From an uncultured bacterium (lineage in GTDB: Bacteria > Eisenbacteria > RBG-16-71-46 > CAIMUX01), in the NCBI GenBank assembly GCA_964631125.1, contig CAZVYN010000005.1:34230-98229 (forward strand): 64,000 nt of DNA. The letters are read 5' to 3'. A program made the translations under genes and the position numbers. A model generated the notes under the pieces. The model did no database searches. It had not been told where the DNA came from and was given only the letters and a program-made list of their open reading frames with translations. Positions 30,735 through 39,428 of this stretch are shown piece by piece (within the stretch, counting starts at the first letter, position 1; each line of letters begins with the position of its first letter).

Positions 30735-32624
30735 ATGGAGAGAGTATCCTTGTCCCGGAAGTCCGACTGGCTCTGCACTCTCGGTCTCGTCCTCCTCGCG
30801 GTGATCGTCTACTGGGGAACGACGACCCACGCCCGCCTCCGAGAGGACCAGCAGGTCGTCTGGTCGAACTCTTCGATCTCGGGTTCCGATCTGAAGGGCG
30901 CGCTGCTCGGTAACTTCTACGCCAACTCCGCGGAGACGCGCAGCGTCGTGCGACCCGTAAGCGCGCTGTTCCTCCGGACCGCGCACGCGGTCTTCACCTT
31001 CGACCGGGCCTTGTACCAGTCGCTGCTCATCGCTTTGCACGGAACCGCCACGGCGCTCTTGTTCTGGCTGGCGCGGCGTCGAGGGATCGAGAGAATCCCC
31101 GCGGGCGTCATGGCGGGGCTCTTCGCGGTCCACCCCCTGACAACAGTCGCCACTCTCACGCTCGCGGGAACCAGCCACGTTCTGGCGCTGACGTTCGCGC
31201 TCGGCGCCCTCTTGCTCTCTCCTGCGCGCGCGAACCGGAAGACGGGGTCGTTGTCGGCCTGGATTCCGTCGCTGCTCTTACTTCTCGCCGCCATCCTCTC
31301 GCACGAGGCGGCATTCGCGTTCGCGCCCGTTCTGTTCGTGTGGGCGCTACCGGTCGGTGAACGCGAGGCATCCCGAACGGTTCGCGCTTCCGGACCGCCG
31401 AGATCGTTGCTCTTCGGTCTGGTCGGAGTCATCGCGGTTGCGATCGCCTGGCGGTTGATCGCGGACGCGGCCTTGAGCCCAACGCAGCAGGCGGCGCGAG
31501 CCGTGACGATCACGAGCGGCCTTTCGTGGTTCGAGACGGCGCGGTCCGGATGCGCCGGAGTGCTCGTCGCGCTCGGGCTGTTCGTGGCGCCCTGGCGTCT
31601 GAGTTATGTGCACGACGGACTCTTGTCGCTGAACGGCGTCCTCGGCGCGACCGCGGTGGCGGGCGGCCTGCTCGCACTCATCGGACTGGCGGCCTGGTTA
31701 GGGATGGACCTGCGCCGCGGAGCAAGCGAACGGTCGCGGTGGATCGCGCTGGCGTTCTTCCCGCTGCTCGCCGCCTCAGGCGTCTTGATCCCTACCGGCG
31801 ATCTGCTGAACGCACGCATGCTCTACTTGGCGCTGCCCGGCCTGCTCGCACTTGTGGTGATCGTACTGCCCGCGCTGGTCGCGACGAGGACGGGTCGCGC
31901 CCCAGGAACGAAGCGCGCTAACGGCGGTCGGTTGGCGCTGGGGCTCGGGGTTGCCGTCGCGCTCCTGTTTGCGGCGCGGACCGTCGTGCGAGCCAGGGAC
32001 TTCCAAGATCGAGAGACGCTGATCAAGGCGCAGATAGCGACCGATCCGTATTCCGCCCAGGCCCACTTCGAACTCGGGAATCTCTATCTGGACCGGAGCG
32101 CCTGGGAAGCCGCGCGAGCGGAGTACGAGAGGGCGGTGGAGTTGCGTCCGGAGCTCTGGGAGGCATGGATCAATCTCGGCGCCGCCTACTTCAACAGTAA
32201 CGAACTCGGTCTGTCGATGCGTTGCTACGAGCAAGCCTGGCCGCACGTGAAGGACTCGGCCGAGTTCACGACCGTCCGAGGGCGGCTGCTCTTCAACCGC
32301 GCGCTCATCCTGACGAAGCAAAACCGAAACACCGAGGCGTCGGTGAATCTGGAAGAAGCGCTGGAGATCTTTCCAAACCATTTACGCGCGCACGCGATCT
32401 TGGCGCACATCTACGCCAATAGTAACGAGTACCTCGAGCAGTCGAGGTTCCACCTCGAACGCGCGATCGACTTGCAGCCCGACCCCGACGCGCGCCGGAA
32501 GCTGCAGACCAAGCTGGCCGAGATCGAGAAGCGAACGGTCCGCAAGGAAGCGTTCGAGGAGCACGGCGACATGAACAAGGCGCTCGACGAGTACACACCC
32601 GAAGAGCCGGCGGAGACTGAGTAG
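30735..32624 (+). CDS. Polytopic membrane protein with C-terminal TPR repeats (PMT/GT39-like or DUF2723-like glycosyltransferase candidate)
   Basis: About 11 TM helices over the first 400 aa, then 4-5 TPR motifs (AHFELGNLYLDRSAWEAARAEYERAVELRPELWEAWINLGAAYF...). This architecture matches TPR-containing glycosyl- or mannosyltransferases. Confidence 0.65.
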   Translation: MERVSLSRKSDWLCTLGLVLLAVIVYWGTTTHARLREDQQVVWSNSSISGSDLKGALLGNFYANSAETRSVVRPVSALFLRTAHAVFTFDRALYQSLLIALHGTATALLFWLARRRGIERIPAGVMAGLFAVHPLTTVATLTLAGTSHVLALTFALGALLLSPARANRKTGSLSAWIPSLLLLLAAILSHEAAFAFAPVLFVWALPVGEREASRTVRASGPPRSLLFGLVGVIAVAIAWRLIADAALSPTQQAARAVTITSGLSWFETARSGCAGVLVALGLFVAPWRLSYVHDGLLSLNGVLGATAVAGGLLALIGLAAWLGMDLRRGASERSRWIALAFFPLLAASGVLIPTGDLLNARMLYLALPGLLALVVIVLPALVATRTGRAPGTKRANGGRLALGLGVAVALLFAARTVVRARDFQDRETLIKAQIATDPYSAQAHFELGNLYLDRSAWEAARAEYERAVELRPELWEAWINLGAAYFNSNELGLSMRCYEQAWPHVKDSAEFTTVRGRLLFNRALILTKQNRNTEASVNLEEALEIFPNHLRAHAILAHIYANSNEYLEQSRFHLERAIDLQPDPDARRKLQTKLAEIEKRTVRKEAFEEHGDMNKALDEYTPEEPAETE

Positions 32625-32682
32625 CCATCGGACACTCCGCTGCCGGCGAGCACCGAGCAGCCGGCGAAGGAGCATCAGCCGT

Positions 32683-34971
32683 CTATTCCGCCGCTCGTCG
32701 ACCTCGCTCGGCGGCCAGAGGGAGAGGGCGAACGCTGGACCGCCGCTCGGCCACTTCGGCGCCCATGAGCGCGCGCGCCTCGCGGATGATGTCCCCCTCG
32801 GACGGCAACACCGAGTAGGCGGCGGGTCCGAGTGGAATGTAGGTGTCTTCACCGCAGACGCGTCCGACCGGTAGGCCGGGTCCGCAGCTCTCTGCGATCG
32901 CCGTGATGATCCCTTCGCCCAATCCCCCCGTGCGACGTCCCTCGTCCACGATCAAGACGCGGCCGCACTGGGTCGCCTGCTCTGCGATGAAGAGACGGTT
33001 GAGCGGGTTGAGCCAGCGGAGATCGGCGATCCGCGCGCGCACACCGTGCTGCCGCTCGAGTACGCGCGCGGCGCGCAACGAGAGATAAGCGCCGTTTCCG
33101 TAGGTGAAGATCACGAGGTCTCGGTGCTCCGGCCGGTAGACGCGACCCTCGCCGAGCGGGATCGCAACCTCGGCCGCGGGCGGATCGAACTGCCAGCCCC
33201 CGTCCTTCGGTTCATGCAGGTCCTTCGTCATGTAGAGCGCGATCGGCTCGAGGAAGGCGACGATTCTGCCGTCGACCCGCGCGAGCGCGGCGCACGTGCG
33301 TAGCATCGCGATGGCGTCGTCGCCGCGAGACGGACAGGCCAGCACCAACCCGGGGATGTCGCGGAGCGCCGTGATCGAATTGTCGTTGTGGAAGTGTCCG
33401 CCGAAACCGCGTTGATACGCGAGGCTGGCCATCCTGAGCAGCATCGGGTTCCGATACTGGTCGTTGGAGAAGTATTGGAGCGAACTCGCCTCTCCGCGGA
33501 TCTGGTCGCACGCGTTGTGGAAGTAGGCGAGGTACTGGATCTCGGGGATGGGCAGAAAGCCCATATTGGCCGCGCCCTGCGCCAACCCGAGGATCGACTG
33601 TTCATCCAACAACGTGTCGAAGACACGCTCGGGGCCGAAGCGCCCCTGCAGGCCGGTCGTGACGTTGTAGACGCCGCCCTTCTTCGCCACGTCCTCGCCG
33701 AAGACGATCGCCTCCGGATACTTCGTCATCAACTCGTGCAGACCGACGTTGAGCAGCGCCGCTAGATGTCGTCCGGGTTTCGCTTCGAGCGAAACGTGGA
33801 CTCCGCTCTTCCGCGAAGCCTCCTTCGTCACCGCCGCTGGCGTATAGGGCGCAAGTGGCCCCATCACCTGCTCCTTCGTCTCCAGCCGCGGCCGCTCCAC
33901 TGCCCGATCCGCCGCCTCCTGCACCCGCATTCGCGTCGCCTCATAACGACCGCGGATCTGATCCGCGGTCAGAAGGCCCGCATCGAGCACGAGCCGCGCT
34001 GTGTGCAGCAGCGGATCCTCTGCTTCCACCAACTCGATCTCCACCTCACTGTGGTATTCGAACTCCACATCCGATCCGGCATGCCCGAGCATGCGCACGA
34101 CCGAGAGATGGAGGAACGCCGGCCGCCGCGTCGTTCGCGCGTGGTCCACCGCGCGGGCGGCGATTTCATAGGCATCCACGAGGTCGAGTCCATCGGCTCC
34201 GAAGTAGGTGAGACCCGGGCGAGCCGAGAAACTCTCGCGGATGAACCCTGCCGGCGTGTCGGTCGAGATCCCGATGCCGTTGTCTTCGCAGACGAAGAGG
34301 ATGGGGACTTCCCATCCGCGCCGCTGCGCCCAATTCGCGAGGTTGAAGGCGCCCTGCGCCGTGCTGTGGTTGGTGCTGGCGTCGCCGAAGGAACAGATCG
34401 CGATGCTGTCGGACGGGATGGGGAGCTCTCTCTGGAGCTTTCCAGCGCGCCAGATGGCGATCGCCGTTCCCACCGACTTGGGTAGATGGCTCGCGATGGT
34501 CGAGGTCTGCGGCAAGATCCAGAGCGGTTTCGAACCCCAGACCTTGTGACGTCCGCCCGAGATCGGATCCTCGGCGCTCGCCACTTGCGACAACGTCGTG
34601 TCGTAGATCGGGTCGATCGCGGGCAGATGGCGCGCCCGCTCGATCATGAGGGCTCCACTGCGATAGTGGAGGAACGCCGGATCCGTGTGCCGCGAGACGC
34701 GGCCCACGACTACATTCCCTTCATGCCCCGACGAGCCGATGGTGTAGAACGCGCGGTCGAGTTGCCGCAGCTTGCGCGCCACCAGATCCAGGTGCCGCGA
34801 CGCCATCTGCGACTCGAAGAGCTCGAGCAGGACGCGGCCGGTGAGACGGCTGGACGGGGCGAGCCGATCGTCCGGCGTCAGAGCGCCTGGTTGCGCAGCC
34901 GGATCGTCCTCCCACGTCTCCAAGATTCGCAGGAAGTTCTGATCGACGACCTCGGACCGGTTGTAGTTCAT
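32683..34971 (-). CDS. Fused 2-oxoacid dehydrogenase E1 component (alpha and beta subunits in one polypeptide)
   Basis: N-terminal TPP-binding alpha-like half (GSSGHEGN...GDASTNHSTAQGAFNLA) and C-terminal beta/transketolase-like half (GEDVAKKGGVYNVTTGLQGRFG...). Start at ATG M86 of track ORF 32683..35226. Confidence 0.8.
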   Translation of the reverse strand: MNYNRSEVVDQNFLRILETWEDDPAAQPGALTPDDRLAPSSRLTGRVLLELFESQMASRHLDLVARKLRQLDRAFYTIGSSGHEGNVVVGRVSRHTDPAFLHYRSGALMIERARHLPAIDPIYDTTLSQVASAEDPISGGRHKVWGSKPLWILPQTSTIASHLPKSVGTAIAIWRAGKLQRELPIPSDSIAICSFGDASTNHSTAQGAFNLANWAQRRGWEVPILFVCEDNGIGISTDTPAGFIRESFSARPGLTYFGADGLDLVDAYEIAARAVDHARTTRRPAFLHLSVVRMLGHAGSDVEFEYHSEVEIELVEAEDPLLHTARLVLDAGLLTADQIRGRYEATRMRVQEAADRAVERPRLETKEQVMGPLAPYTPAAVTKEASRKSGVHVSLEAKPGRHLAALLNVGLHELMTKYPEAIVFGEDVAKKGGVYNVTTGLQGRFGPERVFDTLLDEQSILGLAQGAANMGFLPIPEIQYLAYFHNACDQIRGEASSLQYFSNDQYRNPMLLRMASLAYQRGFGGHFHNDNSITALRDIPGLVLACPSRGDDAIAMLRTCAALARVDGRIVAFLEPIALYMTKDLHEPKDGGWQFDPPAAEVAIPLGEGRVYRPEHRDLVIFTYGNGAYLSLRAARVLERQHGVRARIADLRWLNPLNRLFIAEQATQCGRVLIVDEGRRTGGLGEGIITAIAESCGPGLPVGRVCGEDTYIPLGPAAYSVLPSEGDIIREARALMGAEVAERRSSVRPLPLAAERGRRAAE

Positions 34972-35257
34972 GGGGCGGGATGTTAGCAGGCCGAAGAGCG
35001 CGATCGCTCGTCGAGTCCGCGCTAGCTCCCCTGAATCAGCAACACTCGGTACCTCCGCAGCAGCGCGGGCAACTCTGGAGCCTCTGCCAGCGGCATCCCG
35101 GAGACCAGTTCGAGTTTGAAGAGCGCCCTGTCGTAGATGGCGACGCTCGTGTCCTGACTCCGGAGGCGGGAGGACCAGGCGATCCCGTCGGGACCGTCCG
35201 GGTGGGAGTGAATGGCGGCCGACCACTCACGCGCCAGGGTCTGATTCGAACCGAACG

Positions 35258-35638
35258 CTAGTTCGTGGGGATACCCATGCGGACAACGCCTGGTCCGCGC
35301 AGGTCCACGAGCCTCAGCTCCGCTCTGGATCGGATCAGCGAATGGGTTCTGGAGCGGATCTCGCCGAGATCGACAGGCACGTCTCCGACGACTCCGTTGC
35401 GCGCGTCCCGCAGAACGACCTCGAGAAAGCCGACCTCCAGTGAAGTCCCGAGATAGAGCACCTGGTACCTCGCTGAGTCACCGGACGACAGCGGATCGCT
35501 GAATCGGGTGGGGTGCACACCCGGATCGAGCGGACCGAACTTCGTGCGGTGGATGCGGTGGAACTCCCGTCCCGCCTCGACGCGCCACCAGTCGAGCTCG
35601 ACCGAGGGGAAGGACTCCGACGAGCCACGGGATTTCAC
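35258..35638 (-). CDS. RES-domain toxin (NAD+-targeting toxin family)
   Basis: R-E-S signature elements: FHRIHRTKFGPLDP, RFSDP, YQVLYLGTSLEVGFLE. Overlaps the upstream Xre-type antitoxin gene by 4 nt. Confidence 0.6.
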   Translation of the reverse strand: MKSRGSSESFPSVELDWWRVEAGREFHRIHRTKFGPLDPGVHPTRFSDPLSSGDSARYQVLYLGTSLEVGFLEVVLRDARNGVVGDVPVDLGEIRSRTHSLIRSRAELRLVDLRGPGVVRMGIPTN

Positions 35639-36354
35639 CCCGGCACGCCGCGCGCGACCGATTCCGCGACGTTCAACACGTCGTCGGTGCGTCCGGCATG
35701 CAGCGCCTGCCGCGCGGTGAGCTCGCCGAGCTCGGGATGGTGCTGCACCAGGAAGCGATAAACGGCCCAGGGATGGTCACCGAGGACCTCGAACAAGAGA
35801 GGGATGACGTCGAAGGGTGCGCCGTTCGGGTCGAGCTGCCAGCGGGGATACTTGTAGCCTCGGAGCGGACCCTTCAACCCGAGCAAGCGATGCGTCCGGC
35901 GCCAATTGTTGATCGTCGCCCGATTCGTCCCGACGAGGTCGGCCAATGCGTCGGCGGTCAGCATTTCCGCGTCGGCGAGGATCCGCCTTGCCGACGAGGC
36001 GCCTCGCTCCAGCGCCTCCGCGAACGCGGGTGTTCGCTCAGCAGACGCGGAAGTCGAGGACGGCACCGGGGTAGCGAGCGACTCTGCCGAGATCGTGGGA
36101 GTCCCCGACGGAGAGACCGTCACGACATAGCGAACCGAGCGTTTCGCCTTCACGCTCGCGTCGACAGCCTTTGCATACGCAACGAGCACGCGTTTCGCGC
36201 CGGCCGGCTTCCTCCGCACGGTCTCCCCGTACTCGGCGGCCAGCTCGACAGCCACGTTCATCGCTGAGCGCCTCACCACGGGCTTGTTCGTAGTCTTTTT
36301 GGCCTGCTTTGTCGTGACTCGTGAGGACACCGTCGCCTCCCCGACATCGAGCAC
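35635..36354 (-). CDS. Xre/ParS/MbcA-family antitoxin (HTH + DUF2384 toxin-binding domain), N-terminally extended
   Basis: C-terminal 110 aa (LADLVGTNRATINNWRRTHRLLG...VIPLLFEVLGDHPWAVYRFLVQHHPELGELTARQALHAGRTDDVLNVAESVAR) match the RES-partner antitoxin family. The N-terminal ~120 aa are Ala/Ser/Thr/Pro-rich and basic, so the start is uncertain. Confidence 0.6.
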   Translation of the reverse strand: MLDVGEATVSSRVTTKQAKKTTNKPVVRRSAMNVAVELAAEYGETVRRKPAGAKRVLVAYAKAVDASVKAKRSVRYVVTVSPSGTPTISAESLATPVPSSTSASAERTPAFAEALERGASSARRILADAEMLTADALADLVGTNRATINNWRRTHRLLGLKGPLRGYKYPRWQLDPNGAPFDVIPLLFEVLGDHPWAVYRFLVQHHPELGELTARQALHAGRTDDVLNVAESVARGVPG

Positions 36355-36820
36355 CAGAACGTAAGACCCGTGCCGCCGATGGCGCTCGTCATCGGTCGCA
36401 GGGACTCCCCACGGGTGAAGCGTACGGGGTGGTCGTAAAACTCGTCAACTTCGTAATGTTTGTGTGCCTTGGGGAGGCTGGGGGGAGGATCGAGAACGGC
36501 TCCCGTTTTCGGTCGATCGGTCAGCTCCGACAGCGAGAACTGTCCTTCACCCGCCGTAGGCCGCGCAGTTGTCGAGAGGTCGCACGATGGATTCCCGTTG
36601 TAGCGTCCCCAGGTTCGCATGTTGTCATCTCCCGCGATGCCTGCGAGGCCCGCGAAACCCGGCGGCTGGAGGGCGCATTCCCACGACGGGGTCGGCTCGC
36701 CCCGACGTCGACCGTATCAGAGGGTGACCCACGCGTGCCGTGCTCTCGCTTCACGCGGCACTCGGCACTCGGCATGTCGACAGTAGCGACAGAGACCGCC
36801 AACCCCGCGAGGTAGAAACG

Positions 36821-38002
36821 ATGCGACCACCGACCGGCCGGCACCTCAGGCGCGCCATCGCAGCGACCCTACTCCTGATGACCGCGACGTTCGTCTCCGC
36901 AACCACGCTAGTTCATGCGCAACTCGACGCGGTGCGAGACCCGCAGCCCGCCGAGCCGCTGACGGGTTCCTCCTATCCGAGCAACGATCGAGTAGTCATC
37001 GTCCTCAAGGAAGGAGTGGACCTGCTGCCGGAGGACTACTCCCGCGACGGGATGGCGCTTCGACACCTCCCCGGCTTCGAATCGCTCGCCGATCGGTTCG
37101 ACGTATCCCAGTTGCGCGCCCTGTTCCCACACAAGGATCGCGGACCCGAGTGGGAGCCGCTCAACCGTACGTTCCTCGTGAAGCTCCGTCCAGGAACAGC
37201 CGAACAGGCCGCCGCGCTCTACTCGGTCCTTCCCGCCGTCGAGTCCGCCTTCCCCGACCTCGTCGGGTCCTTGGCCTTCGTGCCCAACGGCGCCGGCTTG
37301 GACAATGGACGTGCCTGGGTGTACTCGGGAGCGAACGGCAGCGTACTGCTCAGCGTGGTCGGAGACCCGGGCCACGAAAACTTCCGGTCGGGCCGACCTG
37401 CTGGAGACTTCGATGCCGACGGCCACGTGGACTTCATCGTGGGCGCGGATCTCGCTGACAGTGTTTCGCAGTCCGCGGGGAAGTCATACGTCTTCTCGGG
37501 GGCCGACGGCTCCCGCATTGCGGTGTTCACGGGGAGTTCCCCTGGAGACCGCTTCGGTCAGGGTGTCGGCGTGGGCGACGTGAACGGAGACGGTGGACAG
37601 GATCTCGCCATCGCTGCGCTCTATGACGACAACACCGGAACTGACGCTGGAAGCGTTCGCATCGTGCTCGGCGCGGTACCGCCTTCCTCTTCGGCGCCTG
37701 GCATCGACGTAGTCGATCTGTCAACGCAGGTGTGGATCGGCGAACCCAGACCGAATCCGACAACCGGCGCCGTGAATTTTCAGATGTCGCTGCCTCGAAC
37801 GGAAGCTGTGGCGGTTGTGGTCTACGACGTTGCGGGACGCGCGGTGCGCGAGATCATCCGCTCCTCGCGGCCCGCAGGCGTGCTCGACCTTTCGTGGGAC
37901 GGCCGCGATGAACATGGCCGCCCGGTCGCCTCCGGACTCTATCTCTACTCGATCGAGGTCGGCGACGAACGCACCGTCCGACGGGGAGTCCACCTGCGCT
38001 GA
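36821..38002 (+). CDS. Secreted FG-GAP repeat protein with C-terminal FlgD-Ig-like sorting/cell-surface domain
   Basis: Signal peptide (AIAATLLLMTATFVSATTLVHA). FG-GAP-like Ca-binding loops (DFDADGHVDFIVGA, GDVNGDGGQDLAIAA). The C-terminal ~75 aa (VVVYDVAGRAVREI...LSWDGRDEHGRPVASGLYLYSIEVGDE...RGVHLR) are FlgD-Ig/T9SS-CTD-like. Start at ATG M28 of the track ORF, with GAGGT upstream. Confidence 0.7.
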   Translation: MRPPTGRHLRRAIAATLLLMTATFVSATTLVHAQLDAVRDPQPAEPLTGSSYPSNDRVVIVLKEGVDLLPEDYSRDGMALRHLPGFESLADRFDVSQLRALFPHKDRGPEWEPLNRTFLVKLRPGTAEQAAALYSVLPAVESAFPDLVGSLAFVPNGAGLDNGRAWVYSGANGSVLLSVVGDPGHENFRSGRPAGDFDADGHVDFIVGADLADSVSQSAGKSYVFSGADGSRIAVFTGSSPGDRFGQGVGVGDVNGDGGQDLAIAALYDDNTGTDAGSVRIVLGAVPPSSSAPGIDVVDLSTQVWIGEPRPNPTTGAVNFQMSLPRTEAVAVVVYDVAGRAVREIIRSSRPAGVLDLSWDGRDEHGRPVASGLYLYSIEVGDERTVRRGVHLR

Positions 38003-38028
38003 TCGACTCGTGAGCTGGCCTCGAGCGA

Positions 38029-39186
38029 TCAGAACGCCGCCACGCCGGTCAGTTCGCGAGCGACCGCGAGTTCGTGGATGGTCTCGGTGCCCTCATAGGT
38101 GATCACGCTCTCGAGGTTCATGGCGTGGCGCATAGGGGAGTACTCGATCGTGATGCCGCCGGCGCCGAGGATGTCGCGCGCGTCACGCGCGATGTCCAAA
38201 CCCATGCGGACGTTGTTCCACTTGGCCAACGAGACCTGGGTGGGGTGCATCTTACCGAGATCCTTGAGACGGCCGAGTTGGAGAGAGAGCAATTGCGCCG
38301 TCGTGATACGGCGCGACATGTCCGCGAGGCGCCGCTGGATCGTCTGCGTGTGTGAGAGCGGACGTCCGAAGAGGACGCGCGTCTGCGAGAAGTCGAGCGC
38401 TTGCTTCAGGCAGTCGATGGCGGCGCCGATCGCGCCCCAGGTGATGCCGTAGCGGGCCTGCGTGAGACAGGAGAGCGGACCCTTGAGTCCGGCCGCGCCG
38501 GGCAAGCGGTTCGCATCCGGCACGCGCACATGGTCGAAGAAGAGTTCGGACGTGATCGATGCGCGCAGCGAGTACTTCTTCAGGATGTCGCGCGTCGTGT
38601 AGCCCTTCATCCCTTTCTCGACCATGAATCCGCGCACGCCGTCGTCGGTCATCGCCCAGACGATGGCCATGTCGGCGATCGACCCGTTGGTGATCCACAT
38701 CTTGGCGCCGTTGATGACCCAGTCGGCCCCGTCCTTCTTGGCGTGCGTCTTCATCGTGCCGGGATCGGAACCGCCGTCGGGCTCGGTCAGCCCGAAGCAG
38801 CCGAGGATCTTTCCTGCGGCCATGCCCGGTAGCCAGCGCTGCTTCTGTTCTTCGCTGCCGAAGGCGTGGATCGGATACATACAGAGGCTGCCCTGCACCG
38901 AGACGAAGCTGCGCAGCCCGCTGTCACCACGCTCCAACTCCTGACAGACGAGCCCGTAGGCGACGTTGCTCAGGCCGGCGCATCCATAGTCTTGGAGGTT
39001 GCAGCCGAGCAGCCCGAGGTCGGCGATCTCGGGAACGAGTTCGCTCGGGAACCGGTGCTCGTCGAAGGCCTGGCCGATGATCGGCATGACGCGGTCGTCG
39101 ACCCAGCGCCCAACCGTGGTCTGAACCTGGGCCTCCTCCTCGGTCAGGAGGGAGCGAACGTCATAGAAATCGAAAGGGGATGGCAT
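38029..39186 (-). CDS. Glutaryl-CoA dehydrogenase (acyl-CoA dehydrogenase family)
   Basis: ACAD fold motifs (GCFGLTEPDGGSDP, catalytic-Glu region YEGTETIHELAVAREL). High overall similarity to GcdH. Confidence 0.9.
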   Translation of the reverse strand: MPSPFDFYDVRSLLTEEEAQVQTTVGRWVDDRVMPIIGQAFDEHRFPSELVPEIADLGLLGCNLQDYGCAGLSNVAYGLVCQELERGDSGLRSFVSVQGSLCMYPIHAFGSEEQKQRWLPGMAAGKILGCFGLTEPDGGSDPGTMKTHAKKDGADWVINGAKMWITNGSIADMAIVWAMTDDGVRGFMVEKGMKGYTTRDILKKYSLRASITSELFFDHVRVPDANRLPGAAGLKGPLSCLTQARYGITWGAIGAAIDCLKQALDFSQTRVLFGRPLSHTQTIQRRLADMSRRITTAQLLSLQLGRLKDLGKMHPTQVSLAKWNNVRMGLDIARDARDILGAGGITIEYSPMRHAMNLESVITYEGTETIHELAVARELTGVAAF

Positions 39187-39428
39187 GATCGAGGTCTCCG
39201 GTTCGGTGCTGGGATCCGACGCGAGCGCGCAGGATAGCTGAACCGCGGGCTGCCGAGTGCGGCCAGTGAATCAGGCGCGCCCGAGAATGTTTCAACCCTG
39301 ACGGTTGACCTCCTCCCCCGTGGCGTGGTCCAATTTCTCAACAGTTTTACGGCTTGATGGATTCACCTCCGCCCCTGGCTTGAATCGATCTGCCCGGTCG
39401 GTCTTCCCATCCAAGACGGGGGCGTTCC

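Noticed and set aside
29454-31178. 574-aa - strand ORF opposite the FGE-lipoprotein and TPR membrane genes
   Set aside because: Antisense and low complexity.
36273-36620. 115-aa - strand ORF between the antitoxin and the FG-GAP gene
   Set aside because: No RBS, an odd composition (Pro/Arg/Ser-rich), and it overlaps the likely promoter region of the FG-GAP gene. Possibly non-coding, so it was not called.
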